Assembly (NCBI GenBank): GCA_026014495.1
Contig: JAOZIF010000171.1
Coordinates: 1-64,000, forward strand
Length of the DNA: 64,000 nucleotides
Direction: 5' to 3'
DNA from: Candidatus Bathyarchaeum sp.
Lineage (GTDB): Archaea > Thermoproteota > Bathyarchaeia > Bathyarchaeales > Bathyarchaeaceae
The position numbers and the translations under genes were made by a program. The notes beneath the pieces were generated by a model. That model was given only the letters and a program-made list of their open reading frames with translations, searched no databases and was not told where the DNA came from. Shown here in pieces: positions 53,794 through 63,508 of the stretch (within the stretch, counting starts at the first letter, position 1; each line of letters starts with the position of its first letter).

Positions 53794-54024
53794 ATGCCGA
53801 CTGAGACAATTCTTCAACTACTGGAGAACGGAAAATGGCATTATCTCAAGGACATGCCTGAAAAAACGCGTTTAACCAGTTTCACGGTTGAGGCTGTTAC
53901 AAATTTTCTGGTAAATTACAATTTTGTCAAATTTGATGCTTCAAAACAAAAAATAAGGTTAGATTCGCCAGCAAACAAATTCTTTAAAAGATTTCGGCAA
54001 CTGGAAACTGTTGAAAATCTCTAA
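53794..54024 (+). CDS. Small HTH-like hypothetical protein
   Basis: GGAG SD; ILQLLENGKWH.L...L..YNFV pattern. Confidence 0.55.
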   Translation: MPTETILQLLENGKWHYLKDMPEKTRLTSFTVEAVTNFLVNYNFVKFDASKQKIRLDSPANKFFKRFRQLETVENL

Positions 54025-54162
54025 AATACTATTGTCTTGTTAATCTTGATTGTGCTTGTAGTCTATGTTTTTCAGAAATTGTTGTTGCTCTTTGTCAGTA
54101 AACTTGTTTAGGTAACTTGCAGACTTTTTCAATCGCACATATTACTATGTTTTGGAGTTAAG

Positions 54163-55047
54163 CTAGGAAACATATCCCATAAAATTATAAAGTTTAATCA
54201 AAGGGTGGACGATGCAAATCAAAGGATTTCTCATTTTAGCGGAAATAAAAACTCCAACGAAAGGGCTCATCAGCAACCTGTTGAGAGAATGTTTAGGACC
54301 GTATCGTAGCTTGTTAGTTGAAAACCCTAGCTGTTCAAGTTTAATTGTTATCTCTTGAGATGCTACTGCATACCATTTTTGGTGATTAAGAATTTGCTGA
54401 AAGCCTCTTCGTAAATGAACGCTCTGACACAATGGGTTAACTTTCCACTCGTAGCCGTGCTTAAGTAACTGGAAAACTAGAATTGTGTCGATGCCACAAT
54501 TCCCAGATGCCATATACGGGAAACCTCCAGCAGCACGAACAATGTCTGTTTTGTACATTGTATTGTCAAGAGTTTTTCCAAGAGTTAAAGAGCTTAGCTT
54601 ACGGTTGCTCAAATAGGAAGCGATATTTTTGTCAACTAAATATTTGCGGTAAACAAATTTTTCCAAGTCATGAACTGCCTGCGGTTTGCTACTGAATCGG
54701 ACACCAGATGCAGTCCCGATTTTGTCATCATTTAGTAAAGGAGAGACTTGGTTCCACCAGTTTTTGGATAGCAACAAATCCTGTTCTACACTCATAAAGT
54801 ATGGGCAGTCAACCATGCTTAACGCGAAATTAGCTCCGCTTGAAATTCCAGATTCAGGGTTTGTGTAAACTTCCCAGCCAAAACTCTTGGCGATTTCTCT
54901 TGTTTCGTCTGTGCTGCGGTCGTCAACCATTATTTTGCGGTGCACCAGCTTGTTTGGCAAAACCTGTTCTAGTCTACGAAGAGTTGTAGGTAACACCCAA
55001 GCGCCATCTTTTGCCCACATGACTATGTCAAAGCTTTGTATGCTCAA
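54163..55047 (-). CDS. GT2 glycosyltransferase
   Basis: VDDRSTDET, EQD (DxD-like) motif. Confidence 0.8.
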   Translation of the reverse strand: MSIQSFDIVMWAKDGAWVLPTTLRRLEQVLPNKLVHRKIMVDDRSTDETREIAKSFGWEVYTNPESGISSGANFALSMVDCPYFMSVEQDLLLSKNWWNQVSPLLNDDKIGTASGVRFSSKPQAVHDLEKFVYRKYLVDKNIASYLSNRKLSSLTLGKTLDNTMYKTDIVRAAGGFPYMASGNCGIDTILVFQLLKHGYEWKVNPLCQSVHLRRGFQQILNHQKWYAVASQEITIKLEQLGFSTNKLRYGPKHSLNRLLMSPFVGVFISAKMRNPLICIVHPLIKLYNFMGYVS

Positions 55048-55077
55048 CGTTTTTTGTCTCCTTTAAACATTGCACCG

Positions 55078-56184
55078 TTACAATTCTAAACTTTCTAGAA
55101 CAGCTAATATTTGCTCAATGCCTTTTTTGTCAACCAACGGATGAACAGGCAAACTTAACACCTTTTTACAAGCTTCTTCAGTGTTAGGGCACAAAGTCTC
55201 TTTGTAGCCTAAGGCTTGATATATCGGCTGACGATAAATGGGAACTGGATAATGAACGGCAACGCCAACACCATTCTCTGTTAGACTTTCAGCAAGCTCG
55301 TTTCTGTCTAGGGAACAATTATCTTCCACTCTTATTACATACTGATGGAAAACGTGCTTCACGTCTTTCATTACGTATGGTACCGTTAAACCCTGCAACT
55401 TGCGGATTCCATTACTCAAAAGCTGGGCGTTCTCTATTCTTTTTTCGTTAAATCCGTCAAGTTTCTTAAGTTGGGCTAATCCAATGGCTGCACAGAACTC
55501 GGTCATGCGGTAATTGTAGCCCAAAATTTCATGGTGATATTTCTGGCTTTCTCCATGACTTCTAAGTAATCGTGCTTTATCTGCCAGTTTCTGGTTGTCG
55601 GTGGTGATTACTCCTCCTTCACCCTGTGTTATGTTTTTTGTTGCGTAGAAACTAAAGCATCCCATGTCTCCAAGGCTCCCTGCCTTCTGTTCTTTGTATG
55701 TGGCGCCATGGGCTTGAGCAGCATCTTCTACTACTGCAATTTTATTGTCTTGAGCAATTTCTTTTAGAGCCCCCATGTTTGCAGGTTGACCAAACAGGTG
55801 AACTGGTATTACTGCCTTGGTTTTCGACGTTATTTTCTCAGCTACCTCTTGGGGGTCGATGTTGAATGTTTTTGGGTCTATGTCCGCGAAAACAGGTTTT
55901 GCATTCTGGAATAATATGCAGTTTCCTGATGCGATGAAAGAGAACGCTGAGGTTATCACTTCGTCTCCTGGACCTATATCTAGTGCTTTAAGTGCCACAT
56001 CTAAAGATACTGTCCCGTTTGTTACTGCAACAGCATGTTTTACGCCAACATATTCTGCGTATTGTTTTTCAAACAGTCTAGTTTTTGGTCCAGAAACTAG
56101 AATCCCTGATTCCAAAACCTCTTTCATTGCGGCTAATTCTTCTTTGCCTAAATTGGGTTTTGCGATGGGAATCTTTTGTGTCAA
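55078..56184 (-). CDS. DegT/DnrJ/EryC1/StrS aminotransferase (WbpE-like)
   Basis: EDAAQAHG, SFYATKN, GEGG, GYNYRM motifs. Confidence 0.93.
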   Translation of the reverse strand: MTQKIPIAKPNLGKEELAAMKEVLESGILVSGPKTRLFEKQYAEYVGVKHAVAVTNGTVSLDVALKALDIGPGDEVITSAFSFIASGNCILFQNAKPVFADIDPKTFNIDPQEVAEKITSKTKAVIPVHLFGQPANMGALKEIAQDNKIAVVEDAAQAHGATYKEQKAGSLGDMGCFSFYATKNITQGEGGVITTDNQKLADKARLLRSHGESQKYHHEILGYNYRMTEFCAAIGLAQLKKLDGFNEKRIENAQLLSNGIRKLQGLTVPYVMKDVKHVFHQYVIRVEDNCSLDRNELAESLTENGVGVAVHYPVPIYRQPIYQALGYKETLCPNTEEACKKVLSLPVHPLVDKKGIEQILAVLESLEL

Positions 56185-56191
56185 CAGCTTT

Positions 56192-56803
56192 TCACTCTTC
56201 CTTTTTTATTCTAGCGTAATCTTCTGCAGGTATCTTGATTTGTGTGTTGCAAATTTGACACTCCATGACAACATGTTTTTCTTCCCTCTTTATTGTCTCA
56301 AGTTTTCTGCCGCACCTGCAAACAAATCCTCGTATGCTAGCTGGATTTCCATAAGCTAAAGCATAATCAGGTATTTTCTCTGTTACTACGCTCCCTGCCC
56401 CTATTAACGCATATTTTCCTATTGTGGTTCCGCAAACTATTACTGTTCTTGCCCCAATTGAACTACCTTCTTTTACAAGTGTTGGCTGGATTTTCCAGTC
56501 TTTGTTAAAACTTCTTGGATGCCTGTCATTTGTGAATGTAACGTGAGGCCCAACAAAAACGTCATCTTTGATTGTCACTCCTTCATAAACTGTTGCTCTG
56601 TTTTCCAGCTTTACTTTATTTCCAATTTTTACGGCTCTGCCCACATAAACATAATCTGCGATTATGCAATCTTTGCCTATTTGTGCATCTTGCATTATGT
56701 GAACAAAATGCCAAACTTTTGTGCCGCTTCCTAGGTTGACCCCATTATCAATGATTGCCGTAGGATCCACGTAAACGTTGGTCACGAAACTCCCCCTTTT
56801 CAT
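56192..56803 (-). CDS. Hexapeptide N-acetyltransferase (WbpD-like)
   Basis: GTKVWHF, FTNDRHPRS, IGAGSVV, GNPA; C-terminal CRC..C..C. Confidence 0.88.
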   Translation of the reverse strand: MKRGSFVTNVYVDPTAIIDNGVNLGSGTKVWHFVHIMQDAQIGKDCIIADYVYVGRAVKIGNKVKLENRATVYEGVTIKDDVFVGPHVTFTNDRHPRSFNKDWKIQPTLVKEGSSIGARTVIVCGTTIGKYALIGAGSVVTEKIPDYALAYGNPASIRGFVCRCGRKLETIKREEKHVVMECQICNTQIKIPAEDYARIKKEE

Positions 56804-57109
56804 ACTGAACCTGAACTAAATAACAGTTTACTTGATGTTGTAATTATTAATTTTAGCCATGAGCGCTTTTGTGCTCAAAACTGGTTATATTTGTTGCTCG
56901 GAGTCTGCTGGTTTATTACAAAATTTATTGTTGCTGATTTGTGTTGATGTTGTGGATGGGAGATTTCGTTGTTGTGTGTGTTTTTTGAGTTGACTTTTTA
57001 ATCTGGAATAAAGTTATAATTAAAAGTTATATTTTTAGTTTTACTAAATGAAATAATCACCAAACAATATTATACTCAAAAACCTTAATTGTGTGCTTAG
57101 TGAAAACTG

Positions 57110-58384
57110 ATGTCTTATAAGAAACAATTTGCCTCAAGCATTGTTCTAGTGTTGCTTATTTTTTCATTAATTACTTTTGTTGGAGCATCTTCGACAATGT
57201 GGAGCCAAACCTATGGAGGCGCAAGTTCTGATGTTGCTTATGCCTTCATCAAAACATCTGATGGCGGGTACGCTATTGCTGGAGGTACAGAATCTTTTGG
57301 TGCTGGTGGCGCCGATTTTTGGTTAGTCAAAGCGGACTCCTCTGGTAACATGGAATGGAATCAAACATACGGCGGAGAAAACGATGATTGTGCTAACGCG
57401 TTGATTGAGTCTTCTGATGGTGGATACGTTCTAGCTGGAGGCACCGACTCTTTTGGTGCTGGTCTTTATGATTTTTGGTTAATTAAAACTGACGCGACTG
57501 GAAATATGGAATGGAATCAAACATACGGCGGAGAAGAAGATGATTGCGCTTACACGCTGATTGAAGCATCTGGTGGTGGATACGTTCTAGCTGGAGAAAC
57601 ATCTTCTGTTGGTGCTGGTGAAGTTGATTTTTGGTTAATTAAAGTTGATTCCTCTGGTAACATGGAATGGAATCAAACATACGGAGGAACCGCGTATGAA
57701 AATGTTTACGCAATAGTTGAGGTATCTGATGGCGGGTACGTTCTAGCTGGAGAAACAGAAACCTTCAGTACTCTTGGTTATGATTGCTGGTTAATTAAAA
57801 CTGATGCGGCTGGAAACATGGAATGGAACCAGACATACAGCGGAGAAAGCTCTACTGGTGGTTCTGCATTTGTTCAAACGTCTGATGGTGGCTACGCCTT
57901 GGCTGGAGGTGCAGCTTCTGTTGACGGTGCTGACTATGATTTTTGGTTAGTTAAAACCGATGCAAATGGAACTCTACTGTGGACCCAAACATACGGCGGA
58001 GAAAGTTATGATGTTGCTTGGTCAATCGCTGAGGCATCTGATGGCGGCTACCTTATAGCTGGAGGCACATCGTCTTTTGGTGCTGGCGTTTATGATTTTT
58101 GGTTAGTCAAAACCGATGAAACTGGAAACATGGACTGGAACCAGACATACGGCGGAGAAAGTTATGATGTTGCTTGGTCAATCGCTGAGGCATCTGATGG
58201 CGGCTACATTTTAGTTGGAGAAACATCTTCTTTTGGTGCTGGAGACTCTGACTTTTGGTTAGTTAAAACTGACGAAAACGGAATTATCCCCGAGTTTCCC
58301 TCTTGGATTCTTGTTCCACTATTTGTCACTGCAACAATGGTTGCTATGCTTTACAAAAAGAAACTAAAACATACAATTACGTGA
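57110..58384 (+). CDS. Secreted repeat (beta-propeller-like) protein with PEF-CTERM-like anchor
   Basis: Seven ~52-aa repeats W.QTYGG...SDGGY.LAG...DFWL.K.D; IPEFP + TM + KKK. Confidence 0.85.
   Translation: MSYKKQFASSIVLVLLIFSLITFVGASSTMWSQTYGGASSDVAYAFIKTSDGGYAIAGGTESFGAGGADFWLVKADSSGNMEWNQTYGGENDDCANALIESSDGGYVLAGGTDSFGAGLYDFWLIKTDATGNMEWNQTYGGEEDDCAYTLIEASGGGYVLAGETSSVGAGEVDFWLIKVDSSGNMEWNQTYGGTAYENVYAIVEVSDGGYVLAGETETFSTLGYDCWLIKTDAAGNMEWNQTYSGESSTGGSAFVQTSDGGYALAGGAASVDGADYDFWLVKTDANGTLLWTQTYGGESYDVAWSIAEASDGGYLIAGGTSSFGAGVYDFWLVKTDETGNMDWNQTYGGESYDVAWSIAEASDGGYILVGETSSFGAGDSDFWLVKTDENGIIPEFPSWILVPLFVTATMVAMLYKKKLKHTIT
57989..58207 (+). repeat. Exact 63-bp intragenic direct repeat
   Basis: 57989-58051 is identical to 58145-58207 (156-nt period). 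Confidence 0.9.
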
Positions 58385-58428
58385 TAACCACAAACGCCCT
58401 TTCTGGGCACTAACCTTTTGCGTAATAT

Positions 58429-58800
58429 TTACGTTAGTTTTGCTGTCTTTTTCTTTTTAGAACACTCTTTCAGGACGCTCAGCAGTGTTTCCATCTCTTG
58501 AACATCTATATTGAGAAGGTTTCCGTTGATGCACAGCTTCAGTTTTGGGTTTTCAATATTATGCTGTTTTTCTCTTTCTCGAAGCCAATTAATAGTTGTT
58601 TTAACCAGTGCCTCTGTTACATCAACGAACATTCCTGAAATAACTGCATCACCAAAATCGGTTGAGTCTGGTATTGGCGGAGGAGAAATGTTTACGTAAT
58701 AATCTTCATCCAAATTCAGGTCTATCTTTCGTTTTATTAACGCCATTATTAGACTGTCGACAGCATATGAAACTCCAAAAATTAATGCTTTCTCACCCAT
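58429..58800 (-). CDS. Hypothetical protein
   Basis: 123-aa ORF with GGAG upstream. Confidence 0.5.
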   Translation of the reverse strand: MGEKALIFGVSYAVDSLIMALIKRKIDLNLDEDYYVNISPPPIPDSTDFGDAVISGMFVDVTEALVKTTINWLREREKQHNIENPKLKLCINGNLLNIDVQEMETLLSVLKECSKKKKTAKLT

Positions 58801-58951
58801 ATTTTAATCCTCCAGCACACTATTTTTCCAATTAACTATAAAAAATGTAGCCATTTTTGAGAAATTGTGTTGCCTTCTGCACTTTCAAGTTATGTTATCA
58901 AATTAGTGAAAAAAAGGGAAATGTGGGAGATGTCTCCATTTTTATTTGGAT

Positions 58952-59533
58952 TCAACTCTGATCTGGAGGACTTGCTGCATCTGTTTCCTCTTTTTGTTCC
59001 TGCTCTTTATCCTTCCTCTTGCCTAAAATGAATAGAACAATGATCAACACTAGCACTATGATTGCAAGAATCAGCAGCCATATTGCATTTTGGTATAGCA
59101 TCCATGCAAGGGCTAAAAGGAACGCTTCAGGCACTTGCAAAGAAGTTTGAGCTGTTGTTGTTGCACCACTTGTTGTGGTTCCTGTTGCCGTAACTGCCTT
59201 TGTGCCTCCTGATATGTACTTCGATAGCCGATAGTCAACTGTAACTGACCCGCCAGGATTCAATGTTCCACCAGTTAAGCTAAGAACGTTACCTGCCAAG
59301 TTTGTAGTCCATCCTGCGGCTTGTTCGTCAGCGATTGCGTCAGCTAGCTCTTGGGGCAACGTGTAAGTGATAGAAACTATGGGTTCGCTCCCTGCCATAT
59401 ACGTGTAGGTGAACGACCCTCTAGCTGTTAAACTACTCACAAGTTCAACGAGTGTGCCTGCAAACAAGAACAAGAACAGCAATATGATAAAGAGGATGAT
59501 TAGCGGGATTGATGGTCTTCTACGTTTTGCCAT
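58952..59533 (-). CDS. Membrane protein with an extracellular Thr-rich beta domain
   Basis: N- and C-terminal TM helices. Confidence 0.65.
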   Translation of the reverse strand: MAKRRRPSIPLIILFIILLFLFLFAGTLVELVSSLTARGSFTYTYMAGSEPIVSITYTLPQELADAIADEQAAGWTTNLAGNVLSLTGGTLNPGGSVTVDYRLSKYISGGTKAVTATGTTTSGATTTAQTSLQVPEAFLLALAWMLYQNAIWLLILAIIVLVLIIVLFILGKRKDKEQEQKEETDAASPPDQS

Positions 59534-59619
59534 ATTAAAAACAACTCCAAATGTAGAAAAACGTATCTTCCGTTTTAGATATTTAATATTTGTCTCTGAA
59601 CTAGACGCTAAATCCTATC

Positions 59620-60453
59620 TTATGACTTTATTAACTTGGTTCTATCTACTCCTTTTTTTGCATCCAAGTAGCCTTTTATCATGTTAAATCTGTTAAAAAT
59701 AATGGCTTGCGCCAAAATTAGTGGAAATGACCTTTTCGCTACATTCCAAGAAATCTGCCCTCTTACATAATGACGTTTTGGCGATTCCACAGGTCTTAAA
59801 TGAAGAGTATTTGTTAAAACGATTACACTTTTACGGTGCTGCTCTGAAATCAGCAACTTGTGAAACAGTGTATCTTCTCCTCTTTTTATGTTAGTCAAAT
59901 CCACTTTCTTGTTCTCGTCTTCCTGTCTTTTGCTAAATGCCATTTTCCAATCTTCAAGAAAAAAGAGAATATTTCCGCCAAGCCAACTCTCGTTTTGAGG
60001 TAATGGCGCTTTTATTTTCTCTAAAAACCGCTTTATCATGTGCCTGTAAGAAATGGGATAATCAAGGTACTCAAAAGTTATAATCCCCACATTATTCCTT
60101 CCAAGCAAAGGAATGTACTTCTTTATTTTTGGGTCTAACACCAAGTCCGCGTCAGTCTTTAATATCTTGTTGCATTTCGCCATTGAATAGCCCATTCTTC
60201 TCAAAAATGTTGGTCTAAACGAAAATTGAGCGCCCTCTTCGCCACTAACCTCCTTGAAGATTGTTTTTTCAAAGAATTTTGTTTTCTTTGCTATATTCAC
60301 AGCCACATTGTATGACTCGTCTGTACAATTATCAAAGAGCAAAATCGTTTCTGCTGGGTCTAGCCTGTATACAGATGGTAAGCTGAGTTTTAGTAGCTCA
60401 GATTCGTTATGAATTGGCATTACAACAGAAAAATCTGTAATTGTTTCATACAT
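59620..60453 (-). CDS. GT2 glycosyltransferase
   Basis: VVMPIHNE, DNCTD, DAD, GED motifs. Confidence 0.8.
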   Translation of the reverse strand: MYETITDFSVVMPIHNESELLKLSLPSVYRLDPAETILLFDNCTDESYNVAVNIAKKTKFFEKTIFKEVSGEEGAQFSFRPTFLRRMGYSMAKCNKILKTDADLVLDPKIKKYIPLLGRNNVGIITFEYLDYPISYRHMIKRFLEKIKAPLPQNESWLGGNILFFLEDWKMAFSKRQEDENKKVDLTNIKRGEDTLFHKLLISEQHRKSVIVLTNTLHLRPVESPKRHYVRGQISWNVAKRSFPLILAQAIIFNRFNMIKGYLDAKKGVDRTKLIKS

Positions 60454-60572
60454 ATCTACTCATCTTTCACGACTGCTATATGCGACCTAACTGGCACGTA
60501 AACAAAAACAGATGAAACAAAAATCCCCCTTTCAGGCTCTGGTTTAGTCAAGTTAACTCACCATCAATTATA

Positions 60573-61976
60573 TCATCCAGATTTTAGTGGCTTTCCTAAA
60601 CATCGGTAAATTATCGACTTTTTTAATTTTGATGAATCAATGAAGTTTCTAGTGTCAATTAGACAACAGTTAGGCGCCAGCTCATTTATTTTGTCTTCAA
60701 TACTGTTTTCTCTAAAATAGGAGTGATTAACCAACAAAATTATGCAATCCTTGCCTTTGATTGTTTCTTCTAGGCTTCCAGTTTTTGCGCCAAAAGTTTC
60801 GTCAGTTAAAGGGTCAAACGCCATAACATTTTTTGATACTTTTCTTAATTCGGTTATAACCGTTTTTGAAGGCGTTCGACGTATGTCCAGCACATCCTTT
60901 TTGTATGTGACCCCCAGAACAGCAAAACTTGACTCCCGCACATTCTTGTTACATGTGTTAAGAGTTTCTTCTGCAATGTGAACCACATAAAGTGGCATGT
61001 TCCTGTTTATGCATGCTGCTTCCTCAATAAATTCAAGATTGGTTCCCATTTTTCTTGCCTTATACAGAAGATAAAATGGGTCTTTTGGAATACAATGACC
61101 GCCAACTCCTGGTCCTGGATAATGAGGCAAAAACCCAAACGGCTTTGTTGAGGCTGCTGCAACGGTTTCCCAAGTGTCTATTCCCATTTTTTCAAAAAAC
61201 TTTGAAAGGTCATTAACAAGTGCAATGTTAACGCTTCTGAAAATGTTTTCCAGCATTTTTGTGGCTTCTGCAACTTGCAAAGAAGACACTGGAACCACTT
61301 TTTCAACGATTTGAGAAAACAGTGAACTTGCAACATCAACGCTTTCTTTGTTTATTCCGCCAACAATTTTAGGTATCTTTTCGAGGCTCCATTTTTTGTT
61401 TCCAGGGTCAATTCGTTCTGGAGAAAACGATAGATAAAAATCGTCTCCAGCATGAAGCCCAGATTCTTCGAGTAACGGTTTGACTATTTCTTCTGTTGCT
61501 CCAGGATAGATTGTGCTCTCTACTATCACTAGAGTTTCTTTTCTAAGAAATTTGGTGATTGTTTTACATGTTTTTGTTAGGAAAAGCAGGTTTGGTGTCT
61601 CGTTTTCTTTCAAGGGCGTAGGCACGTCAACAACAAAAACATCGGCGCTCTTCAGGATTTCTTCTTTATTTGAAATCTTCAGATTATTTGCGATTTCCGA
61701 TAACGTTTTTTGCTTGTGTGTTTCATCATTTGGCAGTATAGACGTAAGTTCAGAGATGACCTTGCCTTGATTTATATCGCTTAATCTTTTACTACTAATG
61801 TCATAGCCGATGGTTTGGAACCCATTTTTAGCAAAAAGTGAGGACATCGGATACCCTACGTGTCCTAAACCTAAGACTGCGACCACAACTGTCTTGTCTT
61901 TGATTTTTTGCTTTAACATTTCAGTTCTATACTGAACTTTAGGTGTATTTGTTTTTTGTCCATGTTTTTGTAACAT
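60573..61976 (-). CDS. Nucleotide-sugar dehydrogenase (WbpA/WecC-like)
   Basis: GLGHVG, VPTP, ESTIYPG, SPERIDPG, GVGGHCIPKDP, YKKDV.D.R motifs. Confidence 0.93.
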   Translation of the reverse strand: MLQKHGQKTNTPKVQYRTEMLKQKIKDKTVVVAVLGLGHVGYPMSSLFAKNGFQTIGYDISSKRLSDINQGKVISELTSILPNDETHKQKTLSEIANNLKISNKEEILKSADVFVVDVPTPLKENETPNLLFLTKTCKTITKFLRKETLVIVESTIYPGATEEIVKPLLEESGLHAGDDFYLSFSPERIDPGNKKWSLEKIPKIVGGINKESVDVASSLFSQIVEKVVPVSSLQVAEATKMLENIFRSVNIALVNDLSKFFEKMGIDTWETVAAASTKPFGFLPHYPGPGVGGHCIPKDPFYLLYKARKMGTNLEFIEEAACINRNMPLYVVHIAEETLNTCNKNVRESSFAVLGVTYKKDVLDIRRTPSKTVITELRKVSKNVMAFDPLTDETFGAKTGSLEETIKGKDCIILLVNHSYFRENSIEDKINELAPNCCLIDTRNFIDSSKLKKSIIYRCLGKPLKSG

Positions 61977-62056
61977 TTACGGCTATAGTTCGTTTTTTAA
62001 AATAGAAAACATTTAAATCCTGTGAGGCATCGTTACCAAGTTTAGAGGCTTATATA

Positions 62057-62227
62057 ATGTCAGAAAGAGTTTCACGTGGATTAACATATGAATGCGTGAA
62101 ATGTGGCGCCAAAGTTAAAACCGAAGAACTTGAGTTACGTGGCGGAGGCGTAAAATGCACTTACTGTGGTTATCGTGTCCTAAAAAAGAAGAGACCACCA
62201 GTAGTGAAACGGGTCTCCACCGGATAA
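62057..62227 (+). CDS. rpoP: RNA polymerase subunit P (Rpo12); below the ORF-track size cutoff
   Basis: MSERVSRGLTYECVKCGAKVKTEELELRGGGVKCTYCGYRVLKKKRPPVVKRVSTG. Confidence 0.93.
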   Translation: MSERVSRGLTYECVKCGAKVKTEELELRGGGVKCTYCGYRVLKKKRPPVVKRVSTG

Positions 62228-62401
62228 AATGAACAATATTCTTATAAAAATAGCTTCTAGTCTTTATTGCTTAAGCAAAAAAGCCGATTTTTCAAGGTAT
62301 TTTCTTGTAAGAAGCTGGTTTTTCGTCTTTTTTCCAAAAACTGCATGTTTAAATACGAGTCTAGCAGACACGTTTAAAATTAAAAAAGGAGATTAAATCA
62401 T

Positions 62402-63466
62402 ATGAGAATCCCTTTGACTAAAAAAGTTGAAGGTTTCACCGTTAAGGAAAAATCTGTTTCTCAGCTTATTTCCGAAATGGGCAAAACAGCGTATCAGGGC
62501 AGAAAACTTGCAGAAGCTGTGGACCTATGGGAAAAAATGGTGAAAGAAGACGACCTTGTAATTGTTTTGGGCTTAGCTGGTTCCATGAGCACTGCTGGAC
62601 AGTGGACTCTTGTTAATTGGCTCATCAAAAATAGGTTCGTTGACGTTATTGTTTCTACAGGCGCAAACGTGTCAGAGGATATTGTTGATGCAATGGGACT
62701 TGGATATTATCAAGCCACCCAAAACATTAACGATGAAGAGCTTTTGGAAGCAGACATAAACAGATACTACGACGTTTACGGCATAGAAACAGACTACAGA
62801 AAAATGGAAGAGCTTCTTACAGAGTTCCTGTTAACTCTGAAACCAGACAGTCCATACTCTTCCATGGAGATTTTACACTTGCTCGGTAAGTATTTGAGCA
62901 AAAAGAAGATAGAAAGCATAACTGCGACTGCCGCAGAGAATGGTGTTCCAATTTTTAGTCCTGCGTTACTTGACAGCGCGTACGGAGAAGCTGTTTTAAT
63001 GGCAAAAAATGAGGGACACAACCTAATAGTGGATCAAGTTAAAGAGTTCGACCAGTTTGTTGGCATCGGCGAAAAAACCAAAGAGACTGCGGTCATTTAT
63101 GTTGGTGGTGGAGTGCCAAAAGATTTCACTCAGCTCTTAGCAATTTCGATTTCGCCAAAAACTATGGATCAGCAGATACCTGGGCGCGAAGGCAACTGCC
63201 GTAAAAGCCTGCAGGAATACTATTATCCCCACAAATATGCCATTCAAATTACAACTGATTCGCCGCAATGGGGTGGACTATCAGGCTGTACTCTTGAGGA
63301 AGCTAAAAGTTGGGGCAAAGTTTCAGGCAAAGGAAAAGATGTTACCTGTTACTGTGATGCAACCATCGCTTTGCCTCTTATAACTCATGCACTTAACGAA
63401 CGTGTGAAAGCGGACGCACGCAAGAAACGGGCTCCAGATTTTTCATGGCTTTTCCCAAAAACTTGA
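62402..63466 (+). CDS. dys: Deoxyhypusine synthase family protein
   Basis: STGAN, SPA..DS, GGGVPK, GGLSGCTLEEA.SWGK, DATIALP motifs. Confidence 0.9.
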   Translation: MRIPLTKKVEGFTVKEKSVSQLISEMGKTAYQGRKLAEAVDLWEKMVKEDDLVIVLGLAGSMSTAGQWTLVNWLIKNRFVDVIVSTGANVSEDIVDAMGLGYYQATQNINDEELLEADINRYYDVYGIETDYRKMEELLTEFLLTLKPDSPYSSMEILHLLGKYLSKKKIESITATAAENGVPIFSPALLDSAYGEAVLMAKNEGHNLIVDQVKEFDQFVGIGEKTKETAVIYVGGGVPKDFTQLLAISISPKTMDQQIPGREGNCRKSLQEYYYPHKYAIQITTDSPQWGGLSGCTLEEAKSWGKVSGKGKDVTCYCDATIALPLITHALNERVKADARKKRAPDFSWLFPKT

Positions 63467-63508
63467 ACAAAAAACTAATAAACCTGTGGTAGGAGGTAAT
63501 TGAACGAA

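Noticed and set aside
26630-54160. attL/attR direct repeats bounding the viral module
   Set aside because: By-eye comparison of 26.6-27.3 kb with 46.0, 51.7 and 53.7-54.1 kb gave only short AT-rich matches (e.g. gaaaaa.g.ttcat). No tRNA or integrase is adjacent. A computational search is still advisable.
57110-58384. Regularly spaced repeats resembling a CRISPR array
   Set aside because: The repeats are in-frame coding units of one protein with a 156-nt period and no unique spacers; no cas genes are present.
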